Shown piece by piece: positions 9,926-19,153 of a stretch of 57,790 nucleotides of DNA. This DNA comes from a virus (lineage: Duplodnaviria > Caudoviricetes), in the IMG/VR virus record IMGVR_UViG_3300033149_006504, positions 1 to 57,790 of that record, one strand, 5' to 3'. Position 1 is the first letter of the stretch; every line of letters begins with the position of its first letter. A program made the position numbers and the translations under genes. Under the pieces are notes generated by a model. It searched no databases. It was not told the origin of the DNA and saw only the letters and a program-made list of their open reading frames with translations.

Positions 9926-10968
9926 TGGCAGGAAATTTTAATTTATTATATAGTCAAACATTTACAGCGACAGATGCGATCGTAGTCAATCACTCCCTCG
10001 ACAGATATCAAATGGGTGTTATAATCACCATCAATGGATCTGCCGACAGTTCAACAATAATATCCTCCATCGACCTCGACTCAGTAGATCCGAGAAATTC
10101 ACTAACAATTACTTTGAACTCCGCTCAGACTGGGCTTGTCAAAATCGTCGATACGGACTACTCGTGGGCCAACATGCCAACTCCGGAGGAGAGCACTCAA
10201 GTGACCCAACTGACTTCTTCGGCATATTCTCCAGGCGGCGCGGACACTCAGGTTCAATTTAACGATGGGGGATCCAACTTTACCGGATCCGCAAATTTCA
10301 CATGGTTAAAAGCAAGCGACACCTTGTCAATAGCTGGAGATATAAGCGGATCTGGAAATGTTTCGGGATCCTTCTTTTACGGCGACGGTTCAAACTTAAC
10401 AAACCTTCCCGGAATAACTGGTCCCGTCAGTTCCGTCGACAAGGGAATTGTTGTGTGGAATGGAACAACTGGCGATACTCTCACAGACACCGGTCTTCGC
10501 AATTTTGGTGCACAGTCTTCAGCACCTTCCTCCCCATCCCCTGGCAACGGAGATACCTATTACGACACGACCATCAATTCTCAAATGATTTATGATGGAA
10601 CTCGTTCAAAATGGCTTTCTGTGGAATCTTGTACATTTCAATATGGGTCCAATAAGGATAGGGAAGATCAATATCTCTACATGCCGGGTAACCTACAAGG
10701 TAATAGTAATAGGGGATATGCAACCCCTCTTGACGCGACTATCGTCGCCATCGGTTATACAAGAGATGATGCATCTGATACCCCCACTTTTCAGGCCAGG
10801 TCGAACGGCTCTTCCGTAGCTATCATAGCGAGTGCGGCAAATATCACAGAAGGTGTCGATAGTACCATAAATATTGATGTTTCCGCTGTTGATCACATTA
10901 ATGGATATGTGTCTGGTGATAAAGCAAAACACCCTACTTTTTGGGTGAGATTAAAATGGAGAAGATGA
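9925..10968 (+). CDS. Fibre-like structural protein sharing modules with the upstream gene
   Basis: Likely start at 9925 (TAATG coupling, MAGNFNLL). Contains GADTQVQFNDGG and FFYGDGSNLTNLP, also present in 6491..9925, plus a PSSPSPGNGDTYYDT fibre-type motif. Confidence 0.6.
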   Translation: MAGNFNLLYSQTFTATDAIVVNHSLDRYQMGVIITINGSADSSTIISSIDLDSVDPRNSLTITLNSAQTGLVKIVDTDYSWANMPTPEESTQVTQLTSSAYSPGGADTQVQFNDGGSNFTGSANFTWLKASDTLSIAGDISGSGNVSGSFFYGDGSNLTNLPGITGPVSSVDKGIVVWNGTTGDTLTDTGLRNFGAQSSAPSSPSPGNGDTYYDTTINSQMIYDGTRSKWLSVESCTFQYGSNKDREDQYLYMPGNLQGNSNRGYATPLDATIVAIGYTRDDASDTPTFQARSNGSSVAIIASAANITEGVDSTINIDVSAVDHINGYVSGDKAKHPTFWVRLKWRR

Positions 10969-10969
10969 G

Positions 10970-11362
10970 ATGGGTATAGAAAATATTAAAGATGGTATTG
11001 TTTCGTCGATTAAAGATCAAATGGACTATCGTCTAGAGAACGGCTATGTCGTCGCAGAATATCCCGGTGGAAGTGGAAAATATTTTTGCTGTAACGGCGC
11101 CGCTCAAAATCGATGGTTAGTATTATCGATGTTGGATGAGAGGGGCTTGATTACTTATCCTCATAAGGTGCCCACACACGACGAGAGATCAAGTTACAAC
11201 ATAACCAGCAGTGCCGATTTGACAAATTTTCTGTCAGCAATTTTTACAGAAGTCTCCCTAGAGCAAGGTCGTGCTCAAGGATATATAGATGAAGTTCTTG
11301 ATATGAATACTGAAAGTGAGTCTTTGGCAAAATTAAATGCATATATAAATTTAAATACATAA
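10970..11362 (+). CDS. Hypothetical protein, possible fibre assembly chaperone
   Basis: 130-aa ORF immediately after two fibre-like genes; the function is inferred from position only. Confidence 0.55.
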   Translation: MGIENIKDGIVSSIKDQMDYRLENGYVVAEYPGGSGKYFCCNGAAQNRWLVLSMLDERGLITYPHKVPTHDERSSYNITSSADLTNFLSAIFTEVSLEQGRAQGYIDEVLDMNTESESLAKLNAYINLNT

Positions 11363-11374
11363 ATGGAGTAAGAT

Positions 11375-11596
11375 ATGGCTAGAAAACCAGTGAATGTATC
11401 GATTAGACCAAGAGGTCGAAATGATAATCCAATGAGAATGATAAAAAGGTTTATGAAAAAAGTGAAGAAAGAGAGGGTTATTGAACAGTACAGGGAGGGC
11501 CAATATTATGAGAAGCCTTCTGTTATTCGCACAAGAAACACCAAAAAGCGAAGAAGGGTTTTGGATAAGTTGAGAGAAAAAGAGAAAAATTCATAA
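11375..11596 (+). CDS. rpsU: Phage-encoded 30S ribosomal protein bS21
   Basis: 73-aa basic protein with MIKRFMKKVKKERVIEQYREGQYYEKPS, matching the bS21 L/IxRFKxxxxxxxxxxExxxxxxYEKPS pattern; GGAG RBS. Confidence 0.85.
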   Translation: MARKPVNVSIRPRGRNDNPMRMIKRFMKKVKKERVIEQYREGQYYEKPSVIRTRNTKKRRRVLDKLREKEKNS

Positions 11597-11603
11597 AACA
11601 AAA

Positions 11604-11613
11604 ACTATTTATA
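11604..11613 (+). promoter_or_regulatory. Putative late promoter motif (ACTATTTATA)
   Basis: Intergenic, upstream of the 11635 RBS; the motif recurs before structural genes. Confidence 0.55.
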
Positions 11614-11634
11614 TAAAATTGGAGTTTTTTAAAA

Positions 11635-12033
11635 ATGTCGATATACGAATACCGAGCAGGATTGCAAAATGTGGGGTCTTATCAGGTTGGGGGAACACCC
11701 TTTCTGACCGGCGGTGTAATTGCTACCAGCACCGAGGCCAAAATTACTTTCCCAAATGTAACAAAAAATATTCTTGTTACGAACACCTCCGGAACCACAG
11801 GTCTCCGAGTTCATTTTAATCCGTCCTCTACACCAAATGTGATTTCTGGCCATCATTTTTTCACATTATCAAACAAGGGCGATAATATAACACTAAATAG
11901 CAAGTGTGCAGAAATATATATCTCCCTAGAGATTCCAGCCGGAGCAGATGGCTCTTTTGAGCTAGTCGCAGATCTAACCGGAATCGCAGCTGGCGAGATG
12001 TTTGCCCTCACTGGATCTGGATTAACGGACTAA
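11635..12033 (+). CDS. Hypothetical beta-rich protein (possible capsid decoration)
   Basis: 132-aa ORF with GGAG RBS, upstream of the scaffold/MCP genes. Confidence 0.65.
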   Translation: MSIYEYRAGLQNVGSYQVGGTPFLTGGVIATSTEAKITFPNVTKNILVTNTSGTTGLRVHFNPSSTPNVISGHHFFTLSNKGDNITLNSKCAEIYISLEIPAGADGSFELVADLTGIAAGEMFALTGSGLTD

Positions 12034-12089
12034 TATAACAACCATAAAATATTACCTTTATAAATTTTTGTCTTTTTACAAAATAAATA

Positions 12090-12099
12090 ACTATTTATT
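12090..12099 (+). promoter_or_regulatory. Putative late promoter motif (ACTATTTATT)
   Basis: Intergenic, upstream of the scaffold-MCP pair. Confidence 0.55.
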
Positions 12100-12129
12100 T
12101 TGAGATAAATATATAGGGAGTTTTTTCAC

Positions 12130-13140
12130 ATGTCTTCGATGTTAGAACAAGCAATAATAGATGCTTCAGCACTAAGGGAAGCAGCCATCAAAAATGCCGA
12201 AGCGGCAGTTTTGAGTAAGTATTCCACGGATATTAAGGAGGCGGTAGAGTCTCTTTTAGAGGAGGATGAAGTAGATATAGGGGATATACCCTCATCGCCG
12301 CCATCCTCTGCCACCGAGTCACCTAGCCTGGAATCTACCATTCCGCCAGCCCTGGGGGGAGAACTTCAATCTGAAGAACAAGAAATAGTTCTAAATATGG
12401 AAGAACTTAAGGAAATGTCAGAAATTCTTGCTGGAGAAGAGTCTTCTATCGCTGATGATACTCAAAGATCCCGCGAGGATCTAGATATAGACGATCAACT
12501 TGCTCCACCTACCCCAGCCGCCGAAGAAATTCCGGCAGTGTCAATTGACGCCGCTCTTGAAGAGGAAATTGATCTGGGAGAATTAGACCAAATTATAGAA
12601 GAACTCGTTGTCGACATCGAACCACAGAAAAGTGGCTGGTGTGCCACTCCTGACCCAATAATGGATTACAAAGAAGAGATGGCACTCGCCCGTCGATCCG
12701 CCACTGCGGCACTAGAGCAGGTTGATGCTCTTAAGTCCGCTGGCGAACGCCTCTCTGAAGAAAAGAAAAGAATTGAAAAAAAGAGCGCAAAATTTGCTAA
12801 AATGTTGCGTTCTTTAAAAGAAAGCTTTGAGAAATCTCAGCTTTCGAATGCACATTTATTATATACGAATCGTATTTTAACAAACAACTCCTTGAATGAG
12901 CGACAAAAAAATAAAATTGTCGAAGCTTTGTCAAATACCGATTCGATACAAGAAGCAAAGGTAGTTTTTGAGACTCTACAGAGCGGAGTGGGAAGTGTAT
13001 CAGGTAAAACACATCCTCAATCACTTCGCGAGACTATAGAAAGACCCTCTGCCACTTTACCTAGAAGAGCACCTAAAACTAAATCCTCTCCACAAACGGA
13101 TAGGATGCAAATTTTAGCTGGTATTAAAAAACTTAAATGA
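12130..13140 (+). CDS. Prohead scaffold/core protein (T4 gp22-like)
   Basis: Acidic coiled-coil protein immediately upstream of MCP; many LxE sites; C-terminal RMQILAGIK helix. Confidence 0.7.
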   Translation: MSSMLEQAIIDASALREAAIKNAEAAVLSKYSTDIKEAVESLLEEDEVDIGDIPSSPPSSATESPSLESTIPPALGGELQSEEQEIVLNMEELKEMSEILAGEESSIADDTQRSREDLDIDDQLAPPTPAAEEIPAVSIDAALEEEIDLGELDQIIEELVVDIEPQKSGWCATPDPIMDYKEEMALARRSATAALEQVDALKSAGERLSEEKKRIEKKSAKFAKMLRSLKESFEKSQLSNAHLLYTNRILTNNSLNERQKNKIVEALSNTDSIQEAKVVFETLQSGVGSVSGKTHPQSLRETIERPSATLPRRAPKTKSSPQTDRMQILAGIKKLK

Positions 13141-13162
13141 CACTAAAGGAGATTTAAAAATC

Positions 13163-14884
13163 ATGTCAATTATTAATAAATTAACGGAAGGCATCGTTCG
13201 CCGAGACCTCGCCAAGGAAGGATCCGCTCTTTTATCCAAGTGGGAAAAGACCGGTCTGTTGGAAGGACTAAATGAACGCACAAAACAAGGTATGGCTAGC
13301 CTTTTAGAAAATCAAGCTAAGGAAATTCTTCGTGAAGCTTCCACTATGGCAGGTTCCGGAGGCGGAGACGTCGAAGGTTTCGCATCTGTCGCATTCCCAA
13401 TCGTTCGCCGAGTATTCGGTGGACTGATCGCCAATGATCTTGTATCTGTCCAGCCAATGAGCCTCCCATCGGGACTCATTTTCTTCTTGGACTTCACTTA
13501 TGACGGCGGTACCACCCCTCGTCTTGATTATGTTGCGGATACTTCCGTATATGGCGGCGGAGTTGTTGGTTCTCAAATTACTGGCGGTATTTCACTTGCT
13601 GGTAACGAAGCAGAACAAAGCTACTATGCTTTGAACAACGGCTACTCAAGCCCAACCGGTTCAGCAAATGTCACTTATGATGGCATGGCTTCTGGAACGG
13701 TCGGTTCTGGTGTTCCTGGTGATTGGACTGCTACCGGTACAGGTGCAGCAGCATTGCAAGCCCTTGGTGACCGTCTGGTTCGTTTCGACCCAGACTTGGC
13801 ATCAGGTTCTTTCGCTGCAGTTGCTAGTGTTCCCCTATCGCAATTCACTGGTGCTGGGCAACTTAACATCAAAGATTATGTCACCATTACTTTGGAAGAT
13901 TCAGGCGGAATCGTCGACGGAAACCAAGTTCGTCGTCTTACCGTAGATGACCCAACCACTCCTGGCAACATCTTGCTTGTCGCAGTTGGTACAACATCTA
14001 TCCTCGCAGAATCAGATTTGCTACTGAATAACACCGCTTCTTTCGTCATCGATGACAATTTTCAAGCAGCTGGTGCAATCGGAGCAGTTACTGGTATTGA
14101 TACTTGGGGACTGGAAAACGAAGCAGCAATCCCAGAAATCGACATTAAGGTTGATTCTGTCGCTGTTACTGCCAAAACCAAGAAGCTCAAAGCTAAATGG
14201 ACCCCAGAATTGGCTCAAGACTTGAATGCATACCACAACTTGGATGCCGAAGTCGAACTGACTTCAATTCTGTCCGAGCACATCGCTCTAGAGATCGACC
14301 AAGAAATCTTGGAAGACCTCGTGAAAGGTGCTACTGCTCAAACATTGTTCTGGTCTCGTCTTCCTGGCAAATTTGTCAATAGAACGACTGGAACACCTCT
14401 CCCAACTTCTGGAACATTCCCAGACTTCACTGGTAATGTTAGTGAATGGTATGAAACCCTCATTGAGACTATCAATGATGTTTCTGCACAGATTCACCGC
14501 AAGACCCTAAGAGGCGGAGCAAATTTCTTGGTGTGTTCACCGGAAATTGCAAATCTTCTTGAGTTCACCGCTGGATTCAGAGGCGCCGTATCCCACGATG
14601 ATGATCGCGGAAATGTCGGTGCTGTCAAAGTTGGCTCTTTGAGCAAGAAGTTTGACGTTTATGTCGATCCCTACTTCCCACGGAACGTTGTTCTTGCAGG
14701 TCGTAAAGGTTCTTCTTTCCTCGAAAGTGGATATGTCTACGCTCCATATGTGCCGCTCCAAATGACTCCAACCATCTTTGGTACAGAGGACTTCGTGCCA
14801 CGCAAAGGTGTCATGACTCGATATGCCAAGAAAATGGTTCGTCCCGATATGTACGGACTCGTAATTGTTCAAGATCTAGTATAA
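13163..14884 (+). CDS. gp23: Major capsid protein (T4 gp23-like)
   Basis: LLENQ, VSVQPMSLPSGLIF, VTAKTKKLKAKWTPELAQDLNAYHNLDAEVEL, YAPYVPL and GVMTRY motifs; strongly biased codon usage. Confidence 0.96.
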   Translation: MSIINKLTEGIVRRDLAKEGSALLSKWEKTGLLEGLNERTKQGMASLLENQAKEILREASTMAGSGGGDVEGFASVAFPIVRRVFGGLIANDLVSVQPMSLPSGLIFFLDFTYDGGTTPRLDYVADTSVYGGGVVGSQITGGISLAGNEAEQSYYALNNGYSSPTGSANVTYDGMASGTVGSGVPGDWTATGTGAAALQALGDRLVRFDPDLASGSFAAVASVPLSQFTGAGQLNIKDYVTITLEDSGGIVDGNQVRRLTVDDPTTPGNILLVAVGTTSILAESDLLLNNTASFVIDDNFQAAGAIGAVTGIDTWGLENEAAIPEIDIKVDSVAVTAKTKKLKAKWTPELAQDLNAYHNLDAEVELTSILSEHIALEIDQEILEDLVKGATAQTLFWSRLPGKFVNRTTGTPLPTSGTFPDFTGNVSEWYETLIETINDVSAQIHRKTLRGGANFLVCSPEIANLLEFTAGFRGAVSHDDDRGNVGAVKVGSLSKKFDVYVDPYFPRNVVLAGRKGSSFLESGYVYAPYVPLQMTPTIFGTEDFVPRKGVMTRYAKKMVRPDMYGLVIVQDLV

Positions 14885-14905
14885 TATACTATTCTTCTTG
14901 AAAAT

Positions 14906-14934
14906 AAACCCTCCCATATTTGTGGGGGGGTTTT
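14906..14934 (+). terminator. Rho-independent terminator after MCP
   Basis: AAACCCTCCCAT-ATTT-GTGGGGGGGTTTT hairpin followed by a T-rich tail. Confidence 0.75.
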
Positions 14935-14946
14935 GTGCTTTTGAAG

Positions 14947-14956
14947 ACTACTTATT
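14947..14956 (+). promoter_or_regulatory. Putative late promoter variant (ACTACTTATT)
   Basis: Lies between the terminator and the GGAGG RBS of the neck gene. Confidence 0.45.
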
Positions 14957-14974
14957 GCTAGGAGGAAGCTCGCT

Positions 14975-16243
14975 ATGGCTTTACCAACATTAACACCCGC
15001 TAGTCAAATGAGTAAGGCAATCCTGCCCCCAACTGGAAATGTGGCAGCAGTGTCTGCACAATTACCACTTGCGGTCTATTCAGATTCGACCGCCTTCCTC
15101 TCCGGCGCCGCAGATCAGGTTGCCTATACCTTTAAGAAGATCGGCGGTGATGTTCTTGACATCGAGCTAAAACCCGGCAATGTCTATGCCAATTATCAAG
15201 AGGCAGTATTAGAATACAGCTATCTTGTTAACCTGCATCAATCAAAAAATATATTATCGGATGTCCTGGGCCAGACCACGGGGACATTCGATCAAGACGG
15301 GCAAATTGTGACCGGCCCCTCGGGTGTAAATTTAAAATTTCCTCGTGTAATGTTTGAGTACGAGAAGAGGGTTGCTGATTACTATTCCTTCGAGGCAAAT
15401 GTGGGAGGAACAATCCCCATATATTCGGCTTCTTTTCAATTACAGGAAGGCGAACAAGATTACGATTTACAGTCCATCATCTCTGGATCCTCCGCATCGG
15501 GAGTGGGTCCAAATGGAGACCCAGCACCATTTGCTGGTATCGTTGGCGATAAAAGAGTTATTGTCAAGAAAGTTTATTACAAAACCCCCCAGGCGATGTG
15601 GAGATTCTTTGGATACTTCGGGGGACTCAACGTTGTTGGAAATATGAACTATTATGGTCAATACACTGATGATTCAAGTTTCGAACTCATTCCCGCATGG
15701 CAAAATAAGCTTCAAGCGATGGCCTTTGAGGACCATATCTGGACACGACTGTCTCACTACTCCTATGAATTAAAAGACAACAAACTGAGAATATATCCGG
15801 CACCACAGCTATTAAGCACATATCGATATATGTGGGTGGATTTTTCCGTAATACTCGATAGTTGGGAAGAATCTGGAGATGTAGACTCCGGCATCGGTGG
15901 AATCAACAATATGAACACTCTTCCTTTCGATAATATTCCATATGAAAATATTAATGCGATAGGTAAACAGTGGATCCGTAGATTTACACTGGCACTCTCA
16001 AAGGAGACTTTGGCACAAATAAGGGGAAAATTCCAGACAATCCCGATTCCTGGTGAATCTGTCACTCTAAATGCTTCGGAGCTTCTATCACAATCAAAAG
16101 ACGAGCAGGAGAAGCTAAGAGAAGAATTAAAAACGATTTTAGAAGAACTAACATACGCGGAGTTAACAAAGAGAGATTCGGAGAAATCAGAAGCGGTGAA
16201 TACAATACAAAAAAGAATACCTAATCTCATCTTCCAGGGGTAA
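14975..16243 (+). CDS. Neck protein (T4 gp13-like head completion)
   Basis: The C-terminal WIRRFTLALSKETLAQIRGKF..IPGESVTLNASELL segment resembles gp13; follows MCP. Confidence 0.7.
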   Translation: MALPTLTPASQMSKAILPPTGNVAAVSAQLPLAVYSDSTAFLSGAADQVAYTFKKIGGDVLDIELKPGNVYANYQEAVLEYSYLVNLHQSKNILSDVLGQTTGTFDQDGQIVTGPSGVNLKFPRVMFEYEKRVADYYSFEANVGGTIPIYSASFQLQEGEQDYDLQSIISGSSASGVGPNGDPAPFAGIVGDKRVIVKKVYYKTPQAMWRFFGYFGGLNVVGNMNYYGQYTDDSSFELIPAWQNKLQAMAFEDHIWTRLSHYSYELKDNKLRIYPAPQLLSTYRYMWVDFSVILDSWEESGDVDSGIGGINNMNTLPFDNIPYENINAIGKQWIRRFTLALSKETLAQIRGKFQTIPIPGESVTLNASELLSQSKDEQEKLREELKTILEELTYAELTKRDSEKSEAVNTIQKRIPNLIFQG

Positions 16244-16245
16244 AA

Positions 16246-17115
16246 ATGAGTAGTAAAAAAGAACAAAATGATGATTTTCGACCATATTATCCCAAGGGGG
16301 ACATACCATCCGAACCCCCTCTAAAAGAAATCTCCTTCATGCCATCCACAATCGAGACCATTGATTTTGCCCTATACGATTGGCTTAACGAAGGGCTGGA
16401 TATATTCTGCACAACCAATGATGGGTGGAAAAAAGTCCCCCTCATATGGTCAATGCCCGAAAGGTCCTTTCAAACAAAGGATAACAAAGATTTGAGAAAT
16501 GCTGATGATATTTTTACCTTACCGGTCATCAGTATCGATAGAAGCTCTTTGATAAAGGATCCAAACATGAAAGGTGTCGCATGGTCGCACATTCCCAGGC
16601 AAAACGACGCAAAGGGCGGAGTGCTCACTGTTGCGAGAAGGATCCAGCAAGAAAAAACATCAAATTTTGCAGATGCGGATGCAAAAAGGAAATTTAATCA
16701 AAAAACTTATCCCCTGAAGAACAAAAAGATTGTTTATGAAACGATAACGATGCCAATTCCAACATATGTCGTCGCCAATTACAAATTAACCATTACAACC
16801 GAATACCAGCAACAAATGAATGAAATTTTTACACCTTTTATGTCATATACCGGACAAATTAACAATTTTTTCATAAATCGCGATGGCCATAGATTTGAGG
16901 GGTTTGTAGATGGGCAATTTGGACTAGAAAACAATATTTCGGCCCTTGGCGAGGAAGAAAGAAAATACAAAACAGTCATTAATCTAAAGATTTTGGGCTA
17001 TTTAATGGGTTCTGACAAAAATGATAATCAACCAAAGGCAACGATTCGTGAATCCGCAGCGGAACTTAGGTTTACCAGGGAGAGAGTTGTTTTCGGTGAC
17101 AAGAAGGAGTATTAG
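16246..17115 (+). CDS. Probable tail terminator/sheath stabiliser (gp15-like)
   Basis: VPLIW, LPVISIDR and PTYVVANYKLTITTEYQQQMNEI resemble gp15-like proteins; located in the neck cluster. Confidence 0.5.
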   Translation: MSSKKEQNDDFRPYYPKGDIPSEPPLKEISFMPSTIETIDFALYDWLNEGLDIFCTTNDGWKKVPLIWSMPERSFQTKDNKDLRNADDIFTLPVISIDRSSLIKDPNMKGVAWSHIPRQNDAKGGVLTVARRIQQEKTSNFADADAKRKFNQKTYPLKNKKIVYETITMPIPTYVVANYKLTITTEYQQQMNEIFTPFMSYTGQINNFFINRDGHRFEGFVDGQFGLENNISALGEEERKYKTVINLKILGYLMGSDKNDNQPKATIRESAAELRFTRERVVFGDKKEY

Positions 17116-17117
17116 TC

Positions 17118-17951
17118 ATGGCTGACGAAGAAAATAAATGGACGAAACCCTCTAATCCTCCGCCACCTCTTTTTCTAGGCGAAAGAGAGAGAAATCTTGT
17201 CAAGCAGGTCAATGACGAGCTTATCGAGAGGGTAATAGGCCAAGCAATTACTTATTTACCAATCTCTATGGAGAGATCAAATTTTCACCCACTCTATGGG
17301 GAGGCGATAGAAAAGTCATTTTTACCACCAATTCGAGTATATGCTTTGGTGGAATTTGAAAGTAAAACAACAATAACAACAGATTATGGTATCGATAAAG
17401 ATTATTCAATCATCGTTCGTTTTCATAACCGCAGACTCCACGAGGATCAAAATTTATTCATACGAGAAGGGGATTATGTTCAGTATGGCACTTCTTTTTT
17501 CGAAATAGTCACACTTACTGAAGACAGAGACTTGTTTGGCCAAGTTGACCACCGATTCCAGCTTATCGCCAAGTGCATAAAAACAAGAAGAGGGTTAATA
17601 AACCTGGACATCTTGCCTACCGCTACTGTAGCGGCCCTCACTGATAGCTACGAGGCAGAAGTTGTTCCCACCTTATCTCCCGCATCAATTCCAATAACAA
17701 GTGTTGTTCGGCTTATATACTGTGAGGATGCCATCGTGGATATTTCTTCGGGAACTTCTCTAAATTCTTTTCTTGGTGCCCCAATAACTTTATCTCTAGA
17801 GACTGCGGCCATCTATCTAAATGGACTGAGGCAGGAATTGACCGATAGTCCTATAACCGGAGAATATTATATTGTTTCTGGCGAACTCTACAGCTCCTTT
17901 GACATTTCAATTGGCCAACGCCTGACATTAGAGGTCTTGACATTAGTATGA
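17118..17951 (+). CDS. Neck protein (T4 gp14-like) with C-terminal extra domain
   Basis: IGQAITYLP, HPLYGE, YGID and IREGDYVQ..FFEI motifs fit a gp14-like head closure protein. Confidence 0.55.
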   Translation: MADEENKWTKPSNPPPPLFLGERERNLVKQVNDELIERVIGQAITYLPISMERSNFHPLYGEAIEKSFLPPIRVYALVEFESKTTITTDYGIDKDYSIIVRFHNRRLHEDQNLFIREGDYVQYGTSFFEIVTLTEDRDLFGQVDHRFQLIAKCIKTRRGLINLDILPTATVAALTDSYEAEVVPTLSPASIPITSVVRLIYCEDAIVDISSGTSLNSFLGAPITLSLETAAIYLNGLRQELTDSPITGEYYIVSGELYSSFDISIGQRLTLEVLTLV

Positions 17952-19153
17952 GTATTTTCAAAGAACATAAATCAATAGCAGATCGCTCCGCAACAGACAG
18001 AAAAAGACACAAGCAAAAAATAGATAAAGCACTCAGGGAGGGGTTAAAGGGTGTGATTGCTGAAGAATCCATCATAGGTCAAAGTGGCAAAAAGAAGGTA
18101 AAAATTCCAGTTAAGGGTGTCAGGGAATACCAATTTGTTTATGGGGACAACAAAAACAACAAAAAAGCGGGTTCAGCTGGCGATAAAAAAATCAAAAGAG
18201 GGCAGATCTTAAGAAAGGGCGGAGGAAAATCAAAACAAGCAGGCAAAAAAGGATCCCAGGACCCAGGAGAAGAATATTATGAAGTGGAGGTTACATTAGA
18301 GGAGCTAGCGGAGTTGCTCTTCACAGACCTTGAGCTACCTGATCTTGAAAAAAAGAAATTTAGATATATAAAGACCCAAAAACTGAAGAGGCGCGGATTT
18401 AGAAAGAAAGGCATGCGATCACGCCTTTCAAAAAAAGAAACTATTAAGAGAAAAATAAGAAGAAAGAAGAGGGCCGTTGCCGCAGGCACCTATGATCCGG
18501 ATGGCGAAGAGAGATTCCCTTTCCACGAAGACGATTTAAAATATAAACATATGAAATTGAAGCCAGAAGAAAATAATTCTGCAGTCATCTTCTTCTTAAT
18601 GGATGTTTCCGGCTCAATGACGAAAGACAAGAAATACATCGCCAGAAGTTTTTATTTTTTATTGTATCAGTTTCTTCGATACAAATACGATAACATAGAG
18701 GTTGTTTTTATTTCACATTCGACAGAAGCAAAAGAGGTCAGCGAAGATGATTTCTTCAAAAAGGCAACCAGCGGAGGGACCTTGATGTCTACTGCATTAG
18801 AATTAGAAAAAGAGATAATAAATAAAAGATATCACCCATCCAGCTGGAATATATATACTTTTTATTCTGGTGACGGAGAAAACTGGTCCTACGATGACGA
18901 AAAAACAATAAGATTGTTTTCAGAACTAAAAGAACTAAATCAAATGATGTGCTATGCTGAAATAGACCCATATTCGGTGGGAGAAACCGATTTGTCGTTT
19001 TTGTCAAGATCTTTTAATTATAATGTTAGTGAAGCGAGCAAAATGTGGATGAAAATCAATGCCGTCCTGGGTGATAGTTTTAAGAAAGTAAAACTTACCA
19101 AACCAGAACACATTTGGCCATCATTCCGTGAATTATTCGGGGGAAACCCGTGA
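17948..19153 (+). CDS. yeaH: YeaH/YhbH family (DUF444) VWA protein
   Basis: N-terminal DRKRHKQKI..IAEESII..KVKIP; PFHEDDLKY; MIDAS-like AVIFFLMDVSGSM; SGGT; YHPSSWNIY.FYSGDGENW. Confidence 0.92.
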   Translation: MSIFKEHKSIADRSATDRKRHKQKIDKALREGLKGVIAEESIIGQSGKKKVKIPVKGVREYQFVYGDNKNNKKAGSAGDKKIKRGQILRKGGGKSKQAGKKGSQDPGEEYYEVEVTLEELAELLFTDLELPDLEKKKFRYIKTQKLKRRGFRKKGMRSRLSKKETIKRKIRRKKRAVAAGTYDPDGEERFPFHEDDLKYKHMKLKPEENNSAVIFFLMDVSGSMTKDKKYIARSFYFLLYQFLRYKYDNIEVVFISHSTEAKEVSEDDFFKKATSGGTLMSTALELEKEIINKRYHPSSWNIYTFYSGDGENWSYDDEKTIRLFSELKELNQMMCYAEIDPYSVGETDLSFLSRSFNYNVSEASKMWMKINAVLGDSFKKVKLTKPEHIWPSFRELFGGNP

